Source of the DNA: the human T2T-CHM13v2.0 reference genome, Homo sapiens
NCBI RefSeq assembly: GCF_009914755.1
Contig: NC_060931.1
Reading direction: 5' to 3' (one strand)
Length of the DNA stretch: 64,000 nt
Below, piece after piece: positions 1 through 14,438 of the stretch (the stretch's first letter is position 1; every line of letters begins with the position of its first letter). A program made the position numbers and the translations under genes. Under the pieces are notes generated by a model that was not told where the DNA came from, did no database searches, and was given only the letters and a program-made list of their open reading frames with translations.

Positions 1-232
1 TCTCCTTCCAGCCTTTCGAAAGGAACTACCTAAAAATCAGAGCTTGTTTGTAGTTGTTATCCTTCTCCCTGCTTTTTCCTTTGAATTTTTGCAATAAAAT
101 ATTTTTAACCATTTATCTTCATACTTTATTCCACTTGTATTCATCATCCTTCAGCATACCTTCATTTTAATTTTTTCCATGGAAATAAACACTCCTATCC
201 CCTTGCCGCAGAAAAGAGAAAACTCACAGTTA

Positions 233-484
<252 letters not shown>

Positions 485-1679
485 CTAACAGAAGCTACCA
501 TCAGGTATACCATGAAATATTTAGAAAACGCCAGGTAGCAAACCAATGGTAGGCTTGTAATTAGAAATGAAAAAATGTTTGTAGCAGGTGCTATACCCCC
601 CTTGATGGTAAGCAATGAAATAATAAAGGTAGAATTTCCTTTACCTTTCTGCCCCGACCCACCCAGCACCATCTATAAACATGTCTAAAGCCCCTCTCAT
701 CCTTACATCCTTCCTTCTGGTCAAATAAAACAGATCCATTTTGAGACGAATCTCTGTGACCTAGATCCCAGCTTCTCTCATGTCCTCCAAGACCACTCTT
801 CTTGAACTATTACCTCTTTCTTGCATCATCCATCTTTACATTCTTTCTCAACCATTCTAAGTACACTCAGGTCTCTTCTACCTGGAAAATAACACTCTCT
901 TTCAACCTGGGAAATAACACTCTCTCTCAAGTCCAAGCACAGATATTTTTCTCTCTCCTCCTCCTTCTCCTCTCTTTTTCTTTTTCCCTCTCCTTCCTTT
1001 TACAGGCAACCTTCCTATTAAAAGTAGTACAGGATTCCTTCGAGTAGCTCAAGATAAAACCTGGAGTGATTCCTGACTCCTCTCCTTTTCTCATATTCCA
1101 CCTTTATGTCATTTATCTTCCTTGCCTTCACTAAAAACATATTCTTCCTCTTTCCTTGAAAACCTTTCCTCTCTCAGGAAAGCATTAGTAATTCATGCTT
1201 AAAACATATTAGTGTATTGTAATTATACACTATTTTAAACAGTAATTTTATTTCCTCAAAGATCATATAATTTTTATTATGTTCATGAATTTAAGAATGT
1301 TTATCATTCTTCCAACTCCAAGTAATTGGTTACAAAATGCTGCCCAAAAGCAGCCCTGTTAGGTCAGTTTTTTTTAATTTTCTTATAATGAACAAAAGTT
1401 AAAATAACAAAAAAAGTTCCTAAAGTAATTTATAATTACTTTATTTGCTTAAAGTGGAACATTCTTCCTATAGTATTATTTCCATTAATTACTTTTGAAC
1501 TTATTCTTTAGAAATACTACAAATTAACTGTCACCCTGGTCTACTGTATTTGGAATCAATTGGAAGTATTTTACACTCCTATATAATAGGTATTTTCCAT
1601 TGCTTTTACTGTTTATGAACCCTCCAATCCTCTGCCCTAATCTCGGATCCTAGCTCTAACATCTGGAAGATGTGGACCT

Positions 1680-2610
1680 TAGACTTCTTTTTCTATACTC
1701 CCTTCCTAGGCTCATCCAGTCTCGTGGCTCTAGACACCACCTGGTCTCTCACAACTACAAAATGTATGTCAGGAGAAGCCGCCCTCCTGAGCTTCAGACT
1801 CATATCCAACAGCCCTCTTAGATTATCCCTTTGAATGTCTAATAGAATATTAAACTTGGCAGACCCTAAACTCAACTCTTGATTTGCCCACCGAAGCCTT
1901 TTTCTCTTGTAATGGCATCATGTCATTCCATGACAATTGCTTCAAGTAGCTCAGGCCAAAACCTGGAGTCATTCCTGACTGCTCTCCTTTTTTCATATTC
2001 CACCTTTATGTCATCAGTGAATCCTGTAGGATCCACCTCTAAAACATATCCAAGATTTGTCCACATTTCACAACTTTCTCTTCCACCATTTCTTCCAGGT
2101 GCAGGCCACCATCACTTGTGACTTGCAGTCTAGACCAGCCTAGGTTAGCAGCCTTCTTAGTAATGTTGCTCTCCTCCTCCCACCTCCAACCATTGTTGAC
2201 ACAAGAGACAAAATAAGCATTTCTGAACATGGTGTACTCTAACCCCACACTCAATCTCGAATCTGTCTGCTTAAAAGACTCATTTCAGATGTATTGGCTC
2301 GGTCCTTCACCTCCTTTAGATTGTTGCTCAATGCCACTTTCACAATGGGGTCCTCCCTGACCATCCTACTTAAAATAGCATCATCACCTCCCAGTGCCCA
2401 GGACTCCTTTTCTCCTTCAATATTATATTTATCTTCATCACACATATTCCCAAGTGGATATTAGATGTCTTATTCATTGATTATCTGTCTCCTCCCACTA
2501 GAATGTAAGCTTTGTGAAAATAAAGATACTTTACTCTTTGGCTCTTTCCTTGGAACAAACAGTGTCAGACACAGCATCAGCACTGAATAGATATTTGTTA
2601 AATGAATATC
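1680..2610 (+). mobile_element. Old L2 LINE fragment
   Basis: L2-type motifs: cctctgagcttcagactcatatccaac-like segment, and 3' end ctagaatgtaagct...atatttgttaaatgaat. Confidence 0.65.
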
Positions 2611-2704
2611 TTGTGTTTTAAACAGCTGCTAGTTTTTTTCATAGTATTTCTATCTCAAAAATGCATTTTCCCTTATGAATGTGAATAAATGTAAAAATTG
2701 TCTC

Positions 2705-3020
<316 letters not shown>

Positions 3021-3256
3021 TTATATGATCCCTGAGGTTATTTTCAGCTCTAAAATTCTATTTGATAGTATATGGCCAATTGACCTTATAAATTGGTAAA
3101 TTGTTTAGGGTAAGAGCTTTTATCATTCTTTCCATTTCAGAATATAAAAGGAATGCAATGTTTCTCTTAAACTAAAGAAGAAAAGAAGACTAAAACTCCA
3201 TTTGGGGGTTAAAAGTAAAAAATATTATTTTTCTACATTAATATTTATAAATATTA

Positions 3257-3457
<201 letters not shown>

Positions 3458-4689
3458 TTATGATTAAAGGTTATTATCCTGATTTGTAATATCCATGTTT
3501 TCTTGAGCAAAATGTGTAGCAAAGGCACAACAAATCTTTTGAAGGAATAAAATCTGTATGAATTAGAACAAATAATAGAACAACTACTTGTAATGTTTGT
3601 ACTTGTTGGCTAAAGATAAATCTATCATGTCAACTCTTACAGCATTAAACAATTAGAAAACACAGCATATATATATATATGTATGTTTAAGAAGAGTTTA
3701 TAATTTGGTCATATGCACTAGCACATGTGACTTAAGCATACTTGTGAAATGTATATTTTGTACCAACAGTACACTGAAATATTAAATGCCAAATTGTGAT
3801 TTATTAGTTGTATTTTTAAAAGATAAGACATAATTATACATTTATTTTTCAGTGTTTACCCAGTTAGTATTTATTACTATCCTTACTGTACATTAGTCCG
3901 TGCTAGAGATGAGATGCTAAGATACAAGGAAAGATTGTCAAGATCCCTTGTATAAAGGAGCTCACAAAATATAGTAAAAAGTACTCTGGATTGGAGTAAA
4001 TGAAAAATACAAAACATGATCAGCAGTATCTAAGTGATATGCTACTTTAACTGATATTGAGATAATTCCTAAGTAGGATGATCAAAAAAATATGAAAATT
4101 AAATTAATCTGAAAGGTAGGATACCAAAGAAATATGAGAATTTAAATTAATCTGAAAGGCTACCTGAAATTTAGAGAAATGAAGATGGCAAACACAAGAT
4201 GGTAATATCAGTAAGAGGCATTGAAGGCATATATAAAAATACAAAGAGAGAAGTAAAGAGACATTTACAACATACGAGTAAACCGATTTGGAAATGTAGG
4301 TTGAATGTCATCATGGCTAATACGAGACTTATTGGGTAATAAGTAACAATCATTGATATGTATTAATAAATTACATGTACTTTGCTAAGCTCTTTGCATG
4401 AATTATCTCATTTAAATTTCATACAACTCTCATGAGGTAAGTACAATTATAATCCTCATTCAATCAATGGGAAACCTGAGGCTTACAAACTTAATTGAGA
4501 TTGCATAACTAGTACATGGAAGCAACAGACAGACATATCTGATTTTTAAATAAAGAGGTATAACCCAAGCAGAATTAAAAGAGCAATTGAACAAAAGATA
4601 AGTTTAGTTAGGAATCTACCTCAAAGGAAAGTAGAGATGAATAACAGAGATAGTTAAAGGATGAATATACAATTTCTCCCTGGTTTCTT

Positions 4690-7040
4690 CAAAAACAGTC
4701 CATTTTCTCATTTGTAGTAGATTGGTAAATAAACCATGGTAAATCTGTACAATGGAGTACTTATCACACAGCCATGAAATGAAATGAAATCTCTCTAAGA
4801 ACTTACATAGAGCAATGTTCAAGATATGTTGTTACTAAAGAAAGAAAGCAAGGTTAAAAGAGTGTATATAGTAGACAGCCTTCTGTATAAGAACAAAAGG
4901 GAAATAAATATGTAAATACACACACAGGTGTTTATTTTTGCAAAAAAAAAAAAAAGAAAAAACAATGATAGATCAGAAACAAAAGTAACCTCTTTGGGGT
5001 GGGTGAGAATTGGATGTAGGGGATTAAAATGAAAACATGACTTCATTTCTGGAATTTGTAAATGTTCTACTTTGAAAAACAAAATTAAATCAAAAATGGG
5101 AAAGCAAACATTAAAACTGAATAGAAACAATAATATATAAATCCAGATGGATATTAGATTGATGACGAAACCACACCAAAAAAAATTCAAATAAGTTTTT
5201 TAATACAACACTCTGAATATTCATTGTCAGATATATTCTAAAGGCAAAAAAAAAAAATCAAAGAAATAGTAAACTTCATTTAGTGGGCTTACTATTAGTT
5301 GTAATAATAGTATTGTGATCCTGACACTATTTATACATATCATAGGATAAAGCAAACAATATGCATTAATATTAAAGAATTAAGATTTTTACTGTTGGAG
5401 AAAACAGATGCAAATATAAAATTTTAAAGGTAAAAAGTTGTGCAATGTTAAATTTTAATTTTCCTGGACATTAATTTTTCCTCTGGAGGTCTTTTAGTAT
5501 CAGTATTAACTCATGATTAAATAATATATATATATATGTGTGGGCAACTGTTTGTGTATATTTCTAAACTCTGTACACTAATAGAGCCTAAGAGCAACAG
5601 TATCTCAGTAACAATAAACATGCTTAACATCAGATACCAGATCTTGGTCTCTATATAATAAAAGAAAACAAGTCTTCTTGGTGAAATTATTAATTTCCTG
5701 ATGTGGGGCAGGAAAGGTACAAGGTGAGACTAGGACAATTTGTTATCCTAAGAAACAAGAAAGCTCAAAGGTAAATGGATTCACATCCAAAGGACAGAGA
5801 AGCCCCCTTGGAAGGACTCACACTAACCAATTTTGGGATAATTCAGACATTAAAAAGAATAATGGTAAATGGATTGAATGAAAAAGGTCCATGCTTCCAA
5901 AATATACTCAAAAAAGCAAAAATTAAAGAAGCATAATGCAATAGCAAATTTGAGTCCACACTTTGATAAACAATTCAGTTCACTGTAATAAAACAGTTCA
6001 CAACTCATCTTTTAAGCAACATCCTAAGATTCATCTTGTCAACATGAAGATGTATATATAAACTCCTCATAACAAGGCTTTAAATGCAATGATAAGAAAG
6101 TTTTTTAAAGAAATTGTTTAAACACTGAATTACAGAATTCACAGTTTGGTAAACAGTTCAATGCACTGTAATAGAACAGTTCACAACTCAAAAAAGTGGA
6201 GGAGTGGAAGAGAAAGAAAAGAAAACCTCTTTTCTAAAGAAGAATGTCAGCAAACAAACTTAGGGGAGTGATAAAATTAGAAAAGCATCACTTCACAAGT
6301 CTCCATGTAAAAACTGATCCAGGCAAAGATTATCAATGGAGGCTGACATGATTAGTTGTAAAGTTATTTGAGGAATAGGAACATCACAGATCTTAAAATA
6401 CCATACCACAGATGACTCAGTAATTACAAAGGGTGATATAGACTTTAACAATGAAGAGCTCTCACTGTAACCACCTCAACCAAGTGACCACACATTGCCA
6501 ACCATGGGACGACCAGATGTTTTGTGCCTTTGATGTGATGCCATGGGAAGAACATATATCACTTATGTTGTATTCATGCCAAACATTTTTGGCATGAATA
6601 TAACATATAGAATATAATTAGAATATAATCTATTCACGAGAAAACAACCAGATTATTCGTGCCCAGTAGCAGGACACTCTGTAAGTCTTGGGGTCTAGAG
6701 TCCATGTCAATGTCAATATCATTGAAACAAAATCAGAAAGGGATGTGCTGTTCTAGATTGAAAGAACTAAAGACACACAATAATAAAATGCAATAAAGCT
6801 TCATTAAGCCTCAATTAAAATAAAAGGCATTTGAGGCAATGGGGAATCTGAACATAGACTATATAAGATGATATTATGAATTATTAATTTCTTAGGTATG
6901 AAAGTCATATTGTGGTTATGTAGAAAACATGGCTTATTCTGAGGAGATGCACATTGGAGCATTTAATAGTAATGAGTTATGATGTCTGTGATCTACTTTA
7001 AAATGGCTCAGGAAAGGAAAAGTATACATATATATGTATA
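4690..7040 (+). mobile_element. Old L1M 3' region fragments in AASS intron 2
   Basis: Degenerate L1ME/MC-like 3'UTR motifs (acaatggagtact..., atattgtggttatgtagaaaa..., gatgtctgtgatctacttt). Confidence 0.55.
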
Positions 7041-7400
7041 TTGCTAAAATAGGAATGAGTCAAACCTATACCATAATATTATTTTGAAGAGCAAGTGGAA
7101 TGATGAACATGACAGGCTTCTCTCAGAGTGGCAGGCAAGGTACATTCTCAAAGGAGCATTCTCTGGGTGCAAGAATGGAGTCTTATCCCCCTAGTCCCAG
7201 AACCAGGGCTGTACATGAAGGAGAGAATGATTGAAAAATAACATCTCCTAAAAGTAAGTTCTTTTATTCCTCAGCTGGAGTAAGCATAGGGTGAAAATAA
7301 TACTTTTAATCAAAGTAAAGAAATCAAAGTGACACTAGCAAACATTTTATTTTCACTCAGATGCTCCTTAATTTTCATATGCAGGTTCATTTTATTCTCA

Positions 7401-7796
<396 letters not shown>

Positions 7797-8274
7797 TCAA
7801 GTGTTCCTTTAAAGCCAAGTTTTCAAAAACAAGATTATTTAACTGCAAAATTTTAAAAAGTATAGAGCAACGTGTGTGACACCATCCAATAACTGCTAAG
7901 CTAAAATAGCTTTTTAAATACACATTTTATCAAACATCTATTCGGCACAAAAGTTTTAAACAAATTAATCTACAATGCAAATCCAGGAAAATAATAAAGA
8001 GCAAGACTTTCAGATTGGTCTAAATTTTGATGGCGTAAAGTTTGAAATCCTTATAATGGTATACAAGATTCTTCACAATTTAGTGCCAACCTCTTTCCAG
8101 TTCATCTCTGACCATTCCCAAAACAAGTGTTTCTCAGTGTGCCCTAGTGTCAGTCAGTGAACTGCACTGAACTGTTTTTTTAAAACAAAAAACAAAAAAC
8201 AAAAAAACTGGTTCACAATTAGATGTGTACATAAATAGAAAGTAAGCATTTAGAAGCCTTAATATCACATGATC

Positions 8275-8475
8275 ATATTTATTTATTTATTTTTAGACAT
8301 GAAGTCTCACTCTGTCAATGCTAAAATGCAGTGGTGAGATCATTGCTTACTGCAGTCTGGGCTCAAGTGATCCTCCAGCCTCAGCCTCCCTAGTAGCTAG
8401 GACTACAGGTGCACAACCACCCACCTGGCTAAGTTCTTTTTTTTAATTTATAACAAATTACTGGGATTACAGGGG
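8275..8475 (-). mobile_element. Degenerate, internally deleted Alu (AluJ-like)
   Basis: Reverse-complement Alu motifs (ctcaagtgatcctcc, ctgggattacagg). Confidence 0.8.
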
Positions 8476-8586
8476 TGATCCACCATGTCAAGCCACAAGA
8501 TCGTTTTTTCTAGTAATTTATTGTTACTGGATTTTACAAAAGTATTGGTCCTCAACAGATTGGAAATTTAAGAAAACCAATCAACC

Positions 8587-9192
8587 TGTGTAAACTAGTT
8601 CAACCATTGTGGAAGACAATGTGGCGATTCCTCAAGGATCTAGAACTAGAAATACCATTTGACCCAGCCATCTCATTACTGGGTATATACCCAAAGGATT
8701 AGAAATCATGCTGCTATAAAGACACATGCACATGTATATTTATTGTGGCACTATTCACAATAGCAAAGACTTGGAACCAACCCAAATGTCCATCAGTGAT
8801 AGACTGGATTAAGAAAATGTGGCACATATACACCATGGAATACTATGCAGCCATAAAAAAGGATGAGTTCATGTCCTTTGTAGGGACATGGATGAAGCTG
8901 GAAACCATCATTCTGAGCAAACTATCACAAGGACAGAACACCAAACACCTTATGTTCTCACTCACAGGTGGGAATTGAACAATGGGAACACTTGGACACA
9001 GGGTGGGGAACATCACACACTGGGGCCTGTCATGGGGTGCGGGGAGGGGTGAGGGATAGCATTAGGAGATACACCTAATGTAAATGACGAGTTAACGGGT
9101 GCAGCACACCAACATGGCACATGTATACATCTGTAACAAACCTGCACGTCGTGCACATGTACCCTAGAACTTAAAGTATTAAAAAAAAAAAA
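8587..9192 (+). mobile_element. 5'-truncated L1PA (ORF2 C-terminus, 3'UTR, polyA)
   Basis: Near-consensus L1PA 3' end; TSD aagaaaaccaatc(a/g)acc at 8570-8586 and 9193-9209. Confidence 0.93.
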
Positions 9193-12177
9193 AAGAAAAC
9201 CAATCGACCAAACAAACCTATTCTTTAACCAGAGGTGTTAGAAGATTAAGAAGCAGAGTTAAATCACTCTGCTTCCTAGAGTCCAGCTCACCTTCACTGT
9301 TCACCTTTGTTGCTCTAAACATGCCAGTTCCTCTTCCTGGGTTTTCTCTCCATACATGGCCGTCTGCTGTTGTATTAAACCCCGACCTGCCTCAACCAGT
9401 TTTCCAACTGCTATTCAAGTGAGAAGATTGTGTAATTCCACTCATTCAGTCAATCAAGAAATAGTTACTAAAGGCTTACTATGATGAATGTAACGGGCTT
9501 CTCTCAATGTGGCAGGCAAGGTATATTCTCATGAATAAACTCTACTCAAAGCAGCATTCTCTTGGTACAAGAAGTGTCTTGTCCCCCTAGTCCCAGAACC
9601 AGGGCTGCATATGAAGGAGAGAATGATTGAAAGATATCATCTACTAAAAGTAGTTATTTTTTCCCTCAGCTGGAGGAAGCGTAGAATACGGTGGAAATAA
9701 TACTTTAAACCAAATTAAAGAAATTAAAGTGACACTAGTAAACATTTTATTTTCACCCAGATGCTCCTAATTTTTATATACAGGTTCATTTATATACAGG
9801 TTCATTTATTCCTATGCAGAATAAATCTTATGTAAATTTTTAAAGCATAAATATCCAGGCTTAACAGTATTCTACCCAACTTCAATTGGATTCTATCCAA
9901 CTTCAATTTTGTAGCCAAATGTCATTTCAGATGATGATTTGCTGGATCATTTGAATGATAAAACTTAGTTTTCCATGTAAACTTGGCAGCAAAATATAAG
10001 GATTCAATGATTTTTATACCTTCCAGAAATTTTCTACCCATCACTGCTAACAACATATAGAAAAGCTTGCATGAAACACATTTATTTTACATCAGACTGC
10101 AATCTTGGAAGAGCACCAGCTTGATGGATGGGGAAGGCTTGACCAAACAATTAAGCATACAAGTACATTTCCTGGGGGCAAACAACTACTTGCTACCTAG
10201 ACAGTAAATTTATAGGACACTTTACAACAGAATCAGACAACAGACCAAACAGCGAAGAGTCCAGCTAAGAAGGCTTTAGGAAGATGGCCAAGAAGAAAAA
10301 AAGCTGCACACAGCAAGAGAAACTGCTGATGATTAGGAGTTTAGGCTTTTATTCAGGGCAAAATATGCATGCAAAATAGATTATCAACATTTCAGTAAAC
10401 GACTGTTATATACTGCATCTATTTTTTGTTTATTCATATCTTCTGTTTTTTAAAATAGATTGCATTAAACTCAATCCCAAACCCATAACATTCAGTCTTC
10501 TCGAAGCCAAAAGAAAAACTAGAACCTGAATCCCTCAGTTTCTAATAAAACCAATTCCAAAGATAGTGATTCCTTTGAACATACACAAATGTCCAGAAAC
10601 CATCCCATCTTCCCAGCAGGGGCTGTGTTTCATGAATTCACAGGTGACTACATACCCCTGTAACTTTTATTATGAGTTGAAATTCTTGACTCCATCAGGA
10701 GGAACATGTGGAGATAATTTAATCCCTCCCCTCTAGCCCAAGCTTGAATGTTAACCTCACTCATCCCTCACTCAGTAATAATCCCTGCTCCTTCTCCCAC
10801 CACCTTCTTTGTCTGGGATAGGGCGGGAAAGCAGTAGACACACACACAGACACAAATACAGACAGTCACTTGTAACATACACACATATACTTGCAAAGGC
10901 CAACTATCTTGGAAGACTAGGGAAAAAGACAGAAGTGCCTGGGACTGAGCTTCAGTTTATTTGGGAAGCTACTTTCACTTTCACTTTTTGCATGGAAGGC
11001 TTAAATAATAATTTCTGTAACTTTCATTATTTAAACAAATGTAACAGTAGTTACCATTGATTAAGCATCACATGCCAAGCTCTATGCTGAGCACTTTATG
11101 GATATCATCTTATTTCCTCCTTGCAAAAATCTTATTAAGTAGATACATATCCCCATTTTATAGATGAAGAAACTGAACTGGAATCATATAGGATCTGTTG
11201 CTTTTAAGCAGAAGCAGGATTCCTAGTTTAATGTTTAACACCTGGAATTTTCTCTTCTTTGCCAAAGCCTACAGATTCACACCATATAGATCCAACACAT
11301 GCTGTTAACTCCAGCCAACTCTTGTTTCAGAAAGAAATCAGATCCATATGGCTTTGCCTTCAACAGTCACAGTGAATTAACAGTTCTCCCCGTAGCATGC
11401 CGTGCCTCTCTTGACCCCTTTTCCTGCTTTATACTGAAAATCATTCCTGAGTACCTGCCAAGATAAATTCTAGATTTCTGGGTGCTTAGAAAAAAAATGG
11501 TTTGATTATAGTATAACTGCTAGTTACTGCTTGAACCTTAAAACTTGGTCTCAGCATAGAACTTTCAAGATCCACAGTTCATTTGCTTCTAAGGTCTTCA
11601 AGAAATAGGAAATAGTGAGAATTTCTGAATTGCACTGCAGGTGTCTAGTATTTCATGGAAATGCCAACGGAGGCTGCTTTAGCTTTTTCTGTCCTGGATT
11701 TTGTGGTATTTTTCAAGAATATCAGGAAGTAAATTCAATGTATATTTCTGGAATGCCTTCAATGAAGGAAGGAGGGAAGATCAGGGTTTACTCACCACCA
11801 GCTCTAGTGAGGTTACCCGACAATGTCGGGTGCTGATAACAGCTTGTAACACAAGCAAGGAGGATGTAGAAAAGCAGGAGGCAGAGAGGGGGAAAAAAAG
11901 AGCTAGAAAGAACAAAGAGGAGGAAAATAGAGAAAGAGAAGTGTCACACAGGCAAGGGTGGGGTACAAGACCCTTCCTCTGATGAATTGTAACAGTCTTC
12001 CCTTTGTTACATGAAGGTTAACATTTCAGATATAAAAATGAAACTTAAAAGATTTCTTCTCTGTTTTTGTAAAACAGAACACCACTAAGGTATACATTTT
12101 TATTTACCTAAAATTGATGAGGAATTTGAAATGTCTCTAAAAGTCATGGGAGTATTATAGTGAATTGCAGCGAGATA

Positions 12178-12523
12178 CAGTAGACCCTGTTTATCTGTGG
12201 GTAATACATTCCAAGAAGCCCAGTGGATGCTTGAAATCTCTGATAGTCCCAAACCCTATATATACTATGTTTTTTCCTATACATACATACCTATGATATA
12301 GTTTAATTTATAAATTGGGCACTGTAAGAGACTAGCAACAATAATAAAATAGAATAATTATGACAATATACTGTAATAAAAGTTACGTAAATGTGGTCTC
12401 TCTCACTCTCTCTTTCTCTCTCACAATATCTTAGTGTACTTTATTCACCTATTTTCAGACCAGATTGACAGTGGGTAACTGAAACCATGGAAAGCGAAAA
12501 CTTGGATAAGAAGGAACTACTAT
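12178..12523. mobile_element. TcMar-Tigger MITE (MER44-like)
   Basis: Terminal inverted repeats cagtag...ttatc / gataag...ctact with TA-type flanks. Confidence 0.75.
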
Positions 12524-13601
12524 GTACTGAGACAGGAAGATAATAGTGAAGGTTGCCCAGTAGCAATAGGAGAACATACTCTATGATACTGTCTTATCTT
12601 TCCATCTCTCAAGGTGGCAAGACTTAATCTTTTAATTTGCTAACTTTGCAACAAAAACATGAGAATCAGAAGAAAGAACATGCTTGAATGTTCTTTGTAT
12701 TTTTTTATTATTTTCCAGAAAAGGGAAAGGAAAATGACAGAGACAGATAGAGAGAGAGAGAAAAAAAAGGACACAGAGACAGAGCTCGGCACTCCATACA
12801 CATCCCATTTTCTTTCAATGACCATGAGCTGTCCTATGGTCACTGAGTACACCATCATTCTAAATCACATGGAGTAACCAAAGCAAAGCAGATTCTGTAA
12901 AATGTATTTATAAAATATTATATTTAAGAAAAGCCACTCTCAGGACAGAGAATCTCATGTGTGGTTAGAAAGGTCCTTTCAGAGTGTGAGCAAAGTGGTC
13001 TTTTGTACAATTACACATATTAATATAAAAACAGCTAGTCATTTGCTTATAGCACAAATATTTTCTAATATTTAAATTATAATGAAATCCAGAAAGTCTC
13101 TTGATAGAGTTATCAAAATAAAATCTTTTGTACACGGAATATGGGACAAATGCTTTTGATTCTCTTTAATTAAAAAAATATTTGGGGGCTACTTAAGATA
13201 TGCACGGCATGATGCACTTGGTAAAGATATAAAGAAGCAGTAATCCAATCCCTGCCCATGTTCAGGATTAGTTTTATCAAATTAAATGGTGCTGATCAAT
13301 ATCTGATAGTGAATTATTAATTATTGATTATATCCAAATATTAGAGTCAAAGTGGGCCTGATAGAATGTAATCTAAAATCTAGTATTACAAATGAGAATA
13401 GTGAGGCCCATAGAAATAGGGGATTTTTTTCTGTTTTATAGAAAGCATTTTCCAAGCCACTATTATGTATTTTTATGACTTATCATAATGGATGTCACAG
13501 TAAGTCTGTTCTCGTTGGTATAACTTTTTAAATGTAAGTCGATCAAGATTTTTCTCTCTGCTACTTTTCAGGCAATATTTATGCCTTAAAATGATGTGTT
13601 T

Positions 13602-13897
13602 GGCCAAGCACAGTGGCTTATGCCTATAATGCCAGCACTTTGGGAGGCCAGGGTGGGCAGATCACCTGAGGAGTTCGAGACCAGCCTAGGCAATATGCAA
13701 AACCCCATCTCTACTAAAAATACAAAAATTAACTGGGCGTGGTGGCGCATGCTGGTAGTCCCAGCTACTCGGGAGGCTGAAGCATGAAAATCACTTGAGC
13801 CCAGGAGGCGAAGTTTGCAGTAAGTGAAGATCATGCCATTACACTCCCACCTGGACAACAAAGTGAGACTGTCTCAAACAAACAAACAAACAAACAA
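13602..13897 (+). mobile_element. AluS
   Basis: Full Alu with (CAAA)n tail; TSD aaatgatgt(g/a)ttt. Confidence 0.92.
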
Positions 13898-14121
13898 ATG
13901 ATGTATTTAATTTTTGCAGTTTTTATAAGGGAACGGGGTAGATGAAGAGAGCTGAGATTTTCATAGAGCTTTTTACTCTTCCATCAAATAGCTAAAATTC
14001 TTTAAGTCTCTTCAACCCTTTCCATAGCACCAACCCAATCAGAATACTTTTTAAGCTTATAGATCACCTACCTAAGCAAAACAATGCACAAGCATTACAA
14101 GAGCTTAAGAATGAACTAAGC

Positions 14122-14402
14122 GGCTGGGTGCGGTGGCTCACACCTGTAATCCCAGCACTTTGGGAGGCTGAGGCAGGCGGATCACGAGGTCAGGAGGTCG
14201 AGACCGTCCTGGCTGACACGGTGAAACCCCGTCTCTACTAAAAATACAAAAAATTAGCCAGGGTCGGTGGCGGGCGCCTGTAGTCCCAGCTACTCGGGAG
14301 ACTGAGGCTGGAGAATGGCGTGGAACCCGGGAGGCGGAGCTTGCAGTGAGCCGAGTTCGTACCACTGCACTCCAGCCTGGGCGACAGAGCGAGACTCAGT
14401 CT

Positions 14403-14436
<34 letters not shown>
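14122..14436 (+). mobile_element. Young AluY
   Basis: CpG-rich AluY diagnostics (agaatggcgtg, gcggagcttgcag), pure 33-A tail, perfect TSD aagaatgaactaagc. Confidence 0.95.

Positions 14437-14438
<2 letters not shown>

Noticed and set aside
9812-10100. Possible duplicated pseudo-exon 2 next to the intron 1 repeat copy
   Set aside because: Similarity stops before the donor site; no exon 2-like sequence follows.
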